51,197 bases of DNA from a virus (IMGVR_UViG_3300005323_000039:64001-115197); one strand, 5' to 3'. Positions 26,467 through 35,320 are shown, counted from the stretch's first letter. Notes: a model not told the origin generated them from the letters alone. Numbers and translations are program-made.

Positions 26467-26919
26467 ATGGTACTCACAAGTTTGCAAGACATGATGAACG
26501 ATTCGGTCGGAGACTCTAATGTAAATTCTCCTCATCCAATTATTCGATTCAAGTTAGGATCGTTAGAGTTAGGAGAAAAGCCAGAATCCAGTCCGAATGC
26601 TAAAAACCCAAACCCTCTAAAGGTTCAGTGGAGAAAATCACACCGAATAACCCGACACGAGATACCGGGATGGAAGGATCGCACCCAACGGACTTCTGGC
26701 GTCACTTTATGGGAAGTTGATGTAGAATTCAGAACTCTAGACCAAGATCATACTGACAAAGCCTTTAAACTTTTGAATGATCCAGGGCCGTACGAAATTG
26801 TGGCCGCCCACCGCCAATGTACCTACGTTTATATAGAGGATGGGCAAGCTGAGCAAACTGCAGGCGAAGACGACGACACATGGTCATTTTCTATGAAGTT
26901 AGTTGAATGCAGGGATTGA
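26467..26919 (+). CDS. tail tube initiator (P2 gpU-like)
   Basis: FKLGSLEL...W.K..RITRHEIPG..D..Q..G...V.F pattern; precedes the hub. Confidence 0.65.
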   Translation: MVLTSLQDMMNDSVGDSNVNSPHPIIRFKLGSLELGEKPESSPNAKNPNPLKVQWRKSHRITRHEIPGWKDRTQRTSGVTLWEVDVEFRTLDQDHTDKAFKLLNDPGPYEIVAAHRQCTYVYIEDGQAEQTAGEDDDTWSFSMKLVECRD

Positions 26920-28726
26920 AGTGACCGATTATAGTTTGCAAGATCTGGTTGTCAATTGGGTCGTAACGTATTCAAAACAAGAATACCAACGTACTGGTAC
27001 GGGAAATGTTGTATCTCCAACAGATGCAATCATAGCGTACACTGGATCCGAAGATATATGGTACAGTGACACGCAAAAAGTTTATCGCACATCAGATCAA
27101 TTGACAGCAGATCAAAAAGCAAGTGGAAATTGGCGAAAAGTTATTTTGCAAATCGTTAATCCCAATGACATAATTATAGCTAAAAATTTAATTGCAAAAT
27201 ACTTAGGACCTACCGAAAAAGACAAACCAAAATCTCTTTCAGTTCCTGTTGTGATTCCACCTTCAAATGAACCTCCTGCAAATCCGAATAAAGGACAAGT
27301 TGGAGGCGTTGGTATTTGGACAGTCACAAAAATCGATGGTGTAGATGTGTCACAAGATGTAGAAGAAATAAGAACGTCAGAGCCAAACAAAAATTCGACT
27401 GAAGGCAGCGAAAAGGCCGCGTTCGAATTAGTCTTGTGCAATACGAACCAAAAATATTCAGGTGTGTTTACTCCAGACAAATCCTACATAATCGTAACGT
27501 ACATTGTCGACAAGAATGTCGTGGATAGTGGAAAACTTAAAATCGTACATACTGAGTACCCAGGATTTTATGGCGTTCTTAGCGCCATTTATCTAAATGA
27601 CAGTATATGTAAGCTTGACTTTGAAGATTCGGGCGCGAAGTTGGCCGCCTCTCCAAACAAAGACTACAGCTTTCCGTCGGATATGCCACTAGTTGAACGA
27701 ATACAACGAGTTGTCGACGATTCGAATTTAGCTTACAATGTTTCTGATGGTACATCGAGTTCGTTAACTATCATCGACGAAACACATGGCGTGAAGTTGC
27801 CCGTTCCAGAATATCATAATTCCGCACAAAGCTCTGACGAAATCATAGCTTCAATATGTGATATTCAAGGTATAGATTACTTCGTACCGTCAGATGAACC
27901 AATGAAACTTAAATTGGTTGACTATGACTATACGAATGGCCTGAGTATGCTTGATCCTTACGTAATTGAGCCATGGGACAACTATACGGTGAAAGGAGCC
28001 GCAAATCAGGTGGACGTTTCAGGGAGTTCAATTTACACTCCAGGCAGTACTGAAGAGAGCGTGCCAAGCAGTCAAACTCCAATGCAATTCTCAGACGATC
28101 CCGAAAGCATAAGCGATTATGGGATAATTCCTGCAAAGAATTATCGAAACCCTGTAATCAATACAGACAACTATCTAAAGGGTAAATCTGACAATTTGAT
28201 TAAATATTATGCACAGAATATTGATTCAAATATGAAGCCTAAAGTTTTAGGTATAGTGCCTCCACATCGCTCAATCATAATGTATACAATACCGGGATTG
28301 GGGCGCGAAGAGGGCGGCTCTTATGGCGTAATGGGTGTTGTGAACGAAAAAGTTATAGAGTACAACACGGCGGGCTTGATCGCAAACATAACGGCCACTC
28401 GATACTCTCAGCAACCTGCGGCACCAGCTCCAGAAGAAGGCGTGAAGCCTCCAAAACCAACAGAACCAATAGCTCCAACAGCAACTGGGGTTGTAACGTA
28501 CAACAAACAAAATTATTCAATGGAAAGAAATTCGGATGGAACGTGGCACTACGTTATAGATGACGGCAGTGGCGTAAATCCTCCATATGAAGCGCCTGAA
28601 AACTGGATACCCGAAAGTATACAGCCCACCTTGAACGATATGAGAAATTCTTTGGAGTCTACGTATCAATCACAGTATGCAACATACCAACAACAAATGA
28701 ATAGTTGGAGGTCTCGCTATGGCTAA
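26903..28726 (+). CDS. baseplate hub protein (gpD/Mu gp44-like)
   Basis: IDGVDV, AFELVL.N, ANQVDVSGS, SISDYGI motifs; context. Confidence 0.7.
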   Translation: MNAGIEVTDYSLQDLVVNWVVTYSKQEYQRTGTGNVVSPTDAIIAYTGSEDIWYSDTQKVYRTSDQLTADQKASGNWRKVILQIVNPNDIIIAKNLIAKYLGPTEKDKPKSLSVPVVIPPSNEPPANPNKGQVGGVGIWTVTKIDGVDVSQDVEEIRTSEPNKNSTEGSEKAAFELVLCNTNQKYSGVFTPDKSYIIVTYIVDKNVVDSGKLKIVHTEYPGFYGVLSAIYLNDSICKLDFEDSGAKLAASPNKDYSFPSDMPLVERIQRVVDDSNLAYNVSDGTSSSLTIIDETHGVKLPVPEYHNSAQSSDEIIASICDIQGIDYFVPSDEPMKLKLVDYDYTNGLSMLDPYVIEPWDNYTVKGAANQVDVSGSSIYTPGSTEESVPSSQTPMQFSDDPESISDYGIIPAKNYRNPVINTDNYLKGKSDNLIKYYAQNIDSNMKPKVLGIVPPHRSIIMYTIPGLGREEGGSYGVMGVVNEKVIEYNTAGLIANITATRYSQQPAAPAPEEGVKPPKPTEPIAPTATGVVTYNKQNYSMERNSDGTWHYVIDDGSGVNPPYEAPENWIPESIQPTLNDMRNSLESTYQSQYATYQQQMNSWRSRYG

Positions 28727-28973
28727 TCCCATCCAATCGCATAAATTGAAGCAACTATATACTCAATCGGAGGGAATTACTCGTTCAGACTTTATACAAA
28801 TCGTAACAAGAGATTATCCAACGTTCGAATACGAAAGGAACGCAGGTACTTTTCGGTATAGAGGGATTGGGCGTGATGGAAAGTTTCAGTGGCGCTTTAT
28901 CACTCCATCTGAACTAGAAATGCTAGCATTTCACTATAAGTATTTTGGGCCGTTGCCGTTACCCGTGGAGTGA
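28719..28973 (+). CDS. hypothetical protein
   Basis: 84 aa coupled between hub and spike. Confidence 0.55.
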   Translation: MANPIQSHKLKQLYTQSEGITRSDFIQIVTRDYPTFEYERNAGTFRYRGIGRDGKFQWRFITPSELEMLAFHYKYFGPLPLPVE

Positions 28974-30145
28974 TTCAATTGTTAATGAATTCGTTGGGTA
29001 ATACTGTATCAAGAATACTCGAACGTTTGATCAGAATTGAACCATGCACTGTGGTTGATTACGACGACGAAGGTCACTCAGGTGTTCTTGATAGAGAGTC
29101 GCCTGACTCCAAATACTGGAATACTGTGACCGTGTCGGTGCGTAACGTTAAACCAGATAATAAAGACAATCCGCCACTCCATCGGTACTGTATTGTTTTG
29201 CAACACGATCTTGTAGGTAATGGTTATGGCCATCCGTATATGCCGCGCGTTGGAGATCTAGTCCTCGTATTATTTTTGCTTAATCAGAAGCCAATCGTGT
29301 TAGGCACGTTGCATTCGAACAGTATGAAGCCTGTGTGCAGAGCGCCATTTAACCCAACATCAAATGTAACGGACGCTCGCTATGATGAAGTCCACAAACT
29401 TTGCCAACACGAACTTCCTTCATTCGATGAGTTCAAACAAGTGAGGGTTGGAGGCCATTGGATTGGAAAAAAGCCTACATGCTCCAAGTGGTTCCATAAG
29501 AGCAGGGACTTCATACAAATATTTGAGTGTGTTAAAGGGCACGAAAAGTTTTGTGACCTGTGTACGTCACTGGATCATATCGTACATACTGATGCTGTAA
29601 CGTTTTTTAAGCATTACGCCAGTGGAATCGCTCCCGGAGAAACCATTTCTACAGAAATGCCCGCTTGGACGGATTGGTACCATCACCACTGTGGTTCGCA
29701 ATATTGGTTTAAAGATGACGGTACGATTAAAATTGAAAATTGGACATCCAATGTAAATCAAAAGGGTCACATCTTTTACAACACCAAAGGCTCAATTGAT
29801 GCTCATTCAGAACCGTCCGACTTGGAAGGCTCAAGAGTTTGGGTTCTAGCCGAAGATGACGATTCTCATACTGACTCCCATGGTACGATTAAAGCCGAAC
29901 TGATCTATATTACACCTGATTCATATGTACGAATTTATGAGGATGGCTCAATTGTGATTAAGGGAACGAATTGTTCAGCTTCACTTAATTCGAACGGTAG
30001 TTGCTCAATATCCAACGATGATGTATCTAGTTCGGTTTCGATTAGTGCTTTGGGAGATATTGACGTAACTAGTCCGACCATTGTTACAATCACCGCTCCA
30101 GTATGTACGTTCAATTGCGACACAATAAATATACCTGAATCATGA
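28970..30145 (+). CDS. baseplate central spike (gpV/gp45-like)
   Basis: GYGHPYMPRVGDLVLVLF OB-fold signature; C-terminal beta-helix-like repeats. Confidence 0.85.
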   Translation: MIQLLMNSLGNTVSRILERLIRIEPCTVVDYDDEGHSGVLDRESPDSKYWNTVTVSVRNVKPDNKDNPPLHRYCIVLQHDLVGNGYGHPYMPRVGDLVLVLFLLNQKPIVLGTLHSNSMKPVCRAPFNPTSNVTDARYDEVHKLCQHELPSFDEFKQVRVGGHWIGKKPTCSKWFHKSRDFIQIFECVKGHEKFCDLCTSLDHIVHTDAVTFFKHYASGIAPGETISTEMPAWTDWYHHHCGSQYWFKDDGTIKIENWTSNVNQKGHIFYNTKGSIDAHSEPSDLEGSRVWVLAEDDDSHTDSHGTIKAELIYITPDSYVRIYEDGSIVIKGTNCSASLNSNGSCSISNDDVSSSVSISALGDIDVTSPTIVTITAPVCTFNCDTINIPES

Positions 30146-30155
30146 GGACAATTAT

Positions 30156-31142
30156 ATGCGAGATCTTGCAGCAACAGTAAATCAGATGCTAACGGACATC
30201 GGGAACGTTCAATCAGATTATGCTAAACTTGGAGGCGTGACTGGAGGTCAAACTCTATGTGGTGACACTGCAATCGACGGCGAACTCACTCTCCAAGGTA
30301 CATCAGATGCGTCAAAAGGACAAGTTGTTGTGGACGCAGACCTAGAGTGTACAGGCCTGCCAAACTTTGAACTCCCGAATTTCGATCCTGGTCAATTCGG
30401 TAATGACTTCTCAGGATGCTTTAGCAATCACGGACTCTTTGCAGGCTGGAATCGAACCGCTGGAATCGGTGAGACTGACTTCGTGAACGTTCGTTCTGGT
30501 GGTATCACGGGAGGCTTCCAGTTTTATGAATACAATCCAACGTCGCATAATATTGACCCAATATTCATCATATATGGATGGGGTGGTATATATGTTCCCG
30601 GTACGTATACTCAGAAAATTGGTACCAATGCAGACTCTACCGGACAGCCTGCTGGAGATTGGGCCAGCATTATATATCATGCTGTCAATAGTTCTGGGAA
30701 GAATGGTCTTCTTGTCAAGAATAATTATCAGGCAGCCGGATCAACTATTTTTGAGACAGGAGTTGATTTCGTTGGCGGAGCGTACATGCCAGCCTTTAAA
30801 GTAACGGGCGATTTGAATGTATGGATGGCCTCCGATTGCTCCGCTCTAACTTTTACTGATCGAACAGAAGCCTTCGTTGGGGACGCTCTAGAGGCAGTAA
30901 AAACAATATCATCTGATGTGGATGGCAATATTGATCACGACACTCTACCGAAGTTTGTACAATCCACGTATCGAGATGAGGAAGGAGTGGAGCGACCTGG
31001 CCGCAACATCGGGAATATGGTGTCAATTTTAACAACAGCAGTGCAACAACTCCACGCAACTTTATCTGAAAAAGAAGGAACGATTGAACGCCTCGAACAA
31101 CGTGTAATTCTGCTAGAACAAAGCTTGCTTAGTGCGAAGTGA
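30156..31142 (+). CDS. tail fibre/spike with C-terminal chaperone (peptidase S74-like)
   Basis: ...DALEAVK...IDHDTLP..V...GRNIGNMVSILT.AVQQL then coiled coil. Confidence 0.65.
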   Translation: MRDLAATVNQMLTDIGNVQSDYAKLGGVTGGQTLCGDTAIDGELTLQGTSDASKGQVVVDADLECTGLPNFELPNFDPGQFGNDFSGCFSNHGLFAGWNRTAGIGETDFVNVRSGGITGGFQFYEYNPTSHNIDPIFIIYGWGGIYVPGTYTQKIGTNADSTGQPAGDWASIIYHAVNSSGKNGLLVKNNYQAAGSTIFETGVDFVGGAYMPAFKVTGDLNVWMASDCSALTFTDRTEAFVGDALEAVKTISSDVDGNIDHDTLPKFVQSTYRDEEGVERPGRNIGNMVSILTTAVQQLHATLSEKEGTIERLEQRVILLEQSLLSAK

Positions 31143-31146
31143 TTAA

Positions 31147-31620
31147 ATGTACGTTTATAGTATTTCTAGTGGAGAGGGTGGAGACCTCCTCACAAATATG
31201 TCAATGGGAGCGGGCAGAGTTAGGTGTCACAGCAACTTGGACTTAGTAACCACCCTTACCGGAGATATTGCCATTACTCCAGATGATGTTACAAACTATC
31301 GTCAACGGTTGTTTATGTGGCTAGCGACGCCCAAAGGCGAACGAATTGACCCTTCAGTAGGTTGTTGTTTATACGATTTTTTACATAACAAAGCAACGTC
31401 AACTACAGCGAGAACATTGGAATTGTATCTAGCATCAGACCTAGCAGTTGCATTTCCTGAATTGGATGTTAAGAGTGTACGTTGCAAGCTCTCCAGTGAC
31501 AATAGGACTTTTAGCGTGGACGTCAAATTAGGTGACGAATCATTAACGTTCCTTTTTAGTGATAACGATTTGCTTAATATTAGCTCACAGTTGGCCGAAG
31601 TTTACTCGATTACAGGGTAA
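31147..31620 (+). CDS. baseplate wedge gp25/gpW-like protein
   Basis: RQRLFMWLATPKGERIDPSVGC.L motif. Confidence 0.85.
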   Translation: MYVYSISSGEGGDLLTNMSMGAGRVRCHSNLDLVTTLTGDIAITPDDVTNYRQRLFMWLATPKGERIDPSVGCCLYDFLHNKATSTTARTLELYLASDLAVAFPELDVKSVRCKLSSDNRTFSVDVKLGDESLTFLFSDNDLLNISSQLAEVYSITG

Positions 31621-31637
31621 AAAGTGGAAAAATGGAG

Positions 31638-32015
31638 TTAGTGAGCAACTTGAGCCGCAGCTGCTAATATTTTGTTGATAACAACGTATTCGGGAGCGAG
31701 TATGGCAAGCATTGGGTCGTGTAAAGTTGACCATACAATTGATGCTATAATGGCATATGCAAAAAACGATCCAATGATACCAATGAATATTGCAATTATT
31801 GCAAAATCTCCATCATTTTCGCCTTCTTTCCACAGCCATTGCCACAAATATTTAACGGCAATTAACGTTATGACTAAAGACAAAGCGTTACAAGCAAGAC
31901 TAGCTGCTCCGTCCATTGCTGTGCCTCGAACGGCCACCTCATACGAATAGAGGGAGGCGTTCTGAGCTCCATTCAACAATCCGTTGAGTAATTCTAACTC
32001 CTGAGGATTCAACAT
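31638..32015 (-). CDS. membrane protein
   Basis: Two hydrophobic helices, LLAPEY-like end. Confidence 0.6.
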   Translation of the reverse strand: MLNPQELELLNGLLNGAQNASLYSYEVAVRGTAMDGAASLACNALSLVITLIAVKYLWQWLWKEGENDGDFAIIAIFIGIIGSFFAYAIIASIVWSTLHDPMLAILAPEYVVINKILAAAAQVAH

Positions 32016-32043
32016 ACAATCTACTCCATACTTTGTTTAACAT

Positions 32044-32724
32044 CTAACGATGGCAGTCAACCACGACTAATATGTCATCTGGTCTGCACGTCATGACTAA
32101 CTGGTAAAATTCTGACTGCCATTGTTCTTCTGGCTTGTACTCACCATGATGCCAGTTCTCGTGCCATACTCCACCCTTCAATACAGCGTATGTTGGATGC
32201 ACTTTGGCAGTTCTTTGTGCATACGATTCGCATGTGTCACCTTCCTGAATTCCAGACATGTCGCGAATTGATTGTACGGCTTCGTCAGAGTCGCCATGTC
32301 GTTCGATCATTTCACACCACATATCGTACGATTTGAGACAATCTTCATAGGATCTCTGGAGCATGGAATCCCAATCGATTAGGTCGAATGGAGCAAATGA
32401 ACTCTCTACAACAACCTTTGAAGGTAACTGGTCAATAGCTACTTCATCTGAGCCATTAGACGTCAATTGGAGGTTGCGTAACACTACAACCTTCGTTATA
32501 AAGTATCCACGATATCTGCCGCCTACTTCATACTCTGCCCACTTTCCGTTCGGATTATCGTAATAGATTTCACCATCATCATCCACAATTTTGCAACTTC
32601 TGGAGTCAAGTTTTGCTTCCTCGTTGTCCATGTTTGCTCCAAGTATCTCGAAAGGATGCATAACGTCTTCCAGAGTTTGTGTGCTGCTAGCTGGAATTAT
32701 TACAAGCACTGACGTATGAGTCAT
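32044..32724 (-). CDS. conserved phage protein of unknown function
   Basis: MTH.SVLVI, NPNGKW..Y.VGGR, YAVL..G.W.E, VVVDCH motifs. Confidence 0.75.
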   Translation of the reverse strand: MTHTSVLVIIPASSTQTLEDVMHPFEILGANMDNEEAKLDSRSCKIVDDDGEIYYDNPNGKWAEYEVGGRYRGYFITKVVVLRNLQLTSNGSDEVAIDQLPSKVVVESSFAPFDLIDWDSMLQRSYEDCLKSYDMWCEMIERHGDSDEAVQSIRDMSGIQEGDTCESYAQRTAKVHPTYAVLKGGVWHENWHHGEYKPEEQWQSEFYQLVMTCRPDDILVVVDCHR

Positions 32725-32830
32725 CTGAACACCTACTGCCTCTAATACGTATTAATGCTATTTATAGTTTGTTAAAGTCATAAACAGTTTGACCAAAAGT
32801 TATAAATAATAGAACTACGTTTCAAGTACG

Positions 32831-33397
32831 GTGATTTTGTTGAACACCCTTTCGAAACGTTTTAATGTAGGAATTCGCGGCACGCGCCCTCTTGTCATGC
32901 ATTCAACTCGCGTTATGATGCAAGAGAAATCTGGTCGCGGCGACAGAATGACTGCAGAACAAGAAGTTGAATTATCCTTGTATAAGGATTCATCTGGTAG
33001 TATAGTTGTTCCATCTGAATGCATATTGGCGTGTATGAAAGCTGCAGCAAGTGACTACAAAGTTCCTGGCAAAGGCAAAAAGACATTCAAACAATACACT
33101 GATTCAGGACTCGATATCGAACCAACGATGCCAATTCTTCAATCAGACGGATACGTAACGGATTTGCGTCCTGTTGTCGTACAGAAATCCAGAATTATAA
33201 GAGCTCGCCCCAAATTCGAAAATTGGTCTGTGGAATTTACAATCGTTGTAAATGATTCACTTTGGTTAGACAGCAGTGGTGGTGGCAGAGTTATACGCGA
33301 AATACTGGAATCTGCCGGAAAGTACAAAGGCTTGTTAGAAATGAGACCAAGATTTGGTCGTTTTGAAGTCACAAAATTCGAAGAATCTCCCGACTAA
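32831..33397 (+). CDS. Cas7/RAMP-like protein 1 (Vipr-like), linked to GGY-NN arrays
   Basis: IRGTRPLVMH, LYKDSSG.IVVPSECILACMKAAA, VPGKGKKTFK, RIIRARPKF.NW, AGKYKGLLEMRPRFGRFEV Gly loop; BRE-TATA at about 32792-32808. Confidence 0.8.
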   Translation: MILLNTLSKRFNVGIRGTRPLVMHSTRVMMQEKSGRGDRMTAEQEVELSLYKDSSGSIVVPSECILACMKAAASDYKVPGKGKKTFKQYTDSGLDIEPTMPILQSDGYVTDLRPVVVQKSRIIRARPKFENWSVEFTIVVNDSLWLDSSGGGRVIREILESAGKYKGLLEMRPRFGRFEVTKFEESPD

Positions 33398-33415
33398 AGG
33401 AGATCTAATCATTCT

Positions 33416-33440
33416 GGTTCGGTTTGGTAAGGTATGGCTT
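33416..33440 (+). repeat. short GGY-NN array B0 (5 units)
   Basis: ggtTC ggtTT ggtAA ggtAT ggcTT, 18 nt after the RAMP stop; contains the ATG of the next ORF. Confidence 0.8.
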
Positions 33441-33748
33441 CATTAGTCAGATGTTGTGAACCGACATCTCTAGAATTGATTGTTCGCGAGGCATTGAAGT
33501 CTCGCAACATTCAATTTTTGGAGCAAGTTCCCACGAGGTCTGGATTTGTGTTAGATTTTCTTGTTGGAGAACATCTAGTGATTGAAGTTGACGGTCCTTG
33601 CCATGACAGTAGCAAGAGTCGAAAAAGGGATCGTTTTAGAGATAGAATTTTGCGAAACGAAGGATATAAAGTATACAGAATGAATTATTCCACCATAAAC
33701 AATACTCAAAACTTTAATTCAACGTTAGATTTTATCCTCTCTGCATAA
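33434..33748 (+). CDS. DUF559/Vsr-like (EDxHD-type) endonuclease
   Basis: LE.IV..AL....I.F.EQ...GF.LDFL....LVIEVDGPCH...RD..RD..L...GY.V.R. Confidence 0.85.
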   Translation: MASLVRCCEPTSLELIVREALKSRNIQFLEQVPTRSGFVLDFLVGEHLVIEVDGPCHDSSKSRKRDRFRDRILRNEGYKVYRMNYSTINNTQNFNSTLDFILSA

Positions 33749-33759
33749 GAGAGATATCC

Positions 33760-33846
33760 GGTACGTTGCGGCGTGGTAGGTTGGGGTTTGGTATGGTGAG
33801 GTTCGGTGTGTTTCGGTTCGGTGTGGTAGGGTTTTAATATAACCTT
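33760..33846 (+). ncRNA. GGY-NN pentamer array B with terminal hairpin (candidate guide RNA)
   Basis: 15 units, 12 GGY: ggtAC gttGC ggcGT ggtAG gttGG ggtTT ggtAT ggtGA ggtTC ggtGT gttTC ggtTC ggtGT ggtAG ggtTT; hairpin AGGGTT/AACCTT then T-tract. Confidence 0.88.
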
Positions 33847-33901
33847 CGTTTTCCTTTTTTCTCATATTTATTTCATTCAAATTCATTTAGGAGGATTATT
33901 T

Positions 33902-35320
33902 TTGGACATAAGATCCATCGAAACGATAAAAAATGAATTAAAAAGTTATCAAATGAGTCATCATATACGGCTGAGAGATTACAACCCTCTGAGTGTTTTG
34001 TCAGTTCTCAATGAAACGCTGGCAATACAGATTCAACTACTCGAAGAGTCCATCGATTCTGAAGTTCAATCGATAAATCCGTTGACGGCGACCGGCGAGA
34101 ATCTTGACGCCGTGATAATTGACAGACTACCCGCAGGCAGACAAGCAGGCACTCAAGCGGTCGGAACAATTACCTTCCGACGGAATTTGCCCGCAGCCGC
34201 TGTCGTGACTATTCCTACAGGTACGCAGGCCATCGCACTAGCAGACAACGGAGATTATTTGTGGTTCGAAACAACTGCTGTAGGCTCTATAGGAATAGGC
34301 GATAGTAGTGTTGTAGTGGCTGCACGCTCAATGCGTACAGGATTGAATGGCAACATTCCCGCATATTCTATCACTAGATTACCAGTGAGTATTGATGGCG
34401 TGGATTTTGTGGAAAATATTGCCAGCTATACAGGAGGCACAGATGAAGAATCCGATGATGATTTACGTGCAAGATATATATACGCTGTGCTTGTGCCTGG
34501 CCGAGCCACCCAACAACTGATCGAACAACATCTAACGGATTTGGAAACTGTACTTGAAGCCCACACATATACGCGAGCTCCAGGGGACGTTGAAATTGTT
34601 GTAGACACGACTACAGGCATTGGTTCAACTGATACGGATGTTGCTGCATGTATTGAAGAAAATATTGCGGCGGGAGTAGTTGCACGTGGTGTATTGGGCG
34701 CAAGTATATCTGGCGGAATTAATGTAGAATTGTCCGTATGTGCCGGAGGATTTTTATACGTTAGGCCAACCGTTCATATTCTAGCCGAAGAATCAATGAC
34801 AATAACTTATACAGATCACCTAGCACGGTCGCGTACAGGAACGTGTACTATTCCAGCGGGAACGATTGCAGGAAGTGCTGTAATCGCTACACTACAAGAC
34901 CCGAATGATAGAGTTGTCGAAATAAATGGAATATCCTACGTCGGGACTTCAACATACGATTTGCTCATGGGCATGGGAACATATCCTTGCTTGTACGTCA
35001 CTCCACGCATGGTATCAACAAATGTTACTGTTGCAATTGTTGATACTGCAACGCCAGAAGTTGGTCTTGCTGCTAACATAGAATCCTCTCTAACAGATTT
35101 TCTAGATGCTTATACCATTGGCGAAGATTTAGAGTATAGTGACCTCGTAAAATATATTTTTGTCGATTATGCTACAGGCAGAGCATTTGATGGCATTGAT
35201 CAGATAACTTCATGCGTCGTGACAGGCAACAGCACAACGATAAGTTCGTTCGGCCAGATTATCAATTTGGACGAAGATCAGCGCATCGAGCCTGGCAGCA
35301 TCACGATAACAATAACATAG
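33902..35320 (+). CDS. baseplate J/gp47-like protein
   Basis: ATGENLD, AGTQAVG.ITF, TG..GNIPA, GG.DEESDDDLRARY motifs. Confidence 0.92.
   Translation: MDIRSIETIKNELKSYQMSHHIRLRDYNPLSVLSVLNETLAIQIQLLEESIDSEVQSINPLTATGENLDAVIIDRLPAGRQAGTQAVGTITFRRNLPAAAVVTIPTGTQAIALADNGDYLWFETTAVGSIGIGDSSVVVAARSMRTGLNGNIPAYSITRLPVSIDGVDFVENIASYTGGTDEESDDDLRARYIYAVLVPGRATQQLIEQHLTDLETVLEAHTYTRAPGDVEIVVDTTTGIGSTDTDVAACIEENIAAGVVARGVLGASISGGINVELSVCAGGFLYVRPTVHILAEESMTITYTDHLARSRTGTCTIPAGTIAGSAVIATLQDPNDRVVEINGISYVGTSTYDLLMGMGTYPCLYVTPRMVSTNVTVAIVDTATPEVGLAANIESSLTDFLDAYTIGEDLEYSDLVKYIFVDYATGRAFDGIDQITSCVVTGNSTTISSFGQIINLDEDQRIEPGSITITIT

Noticed and set aside
29047-29080. Array A match to VDYDD in the spike gene
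   Set aside because: Only 10 contiguous decoded nt match and the flanks do not; expected by chance.
6322-33846. Calling the pentamer arrays CRISPR arrays
   Set aside because: There are no 25-45 bp repeats with unique spacers and no cas1, cas2 or cas6; the unit is 5 nt.
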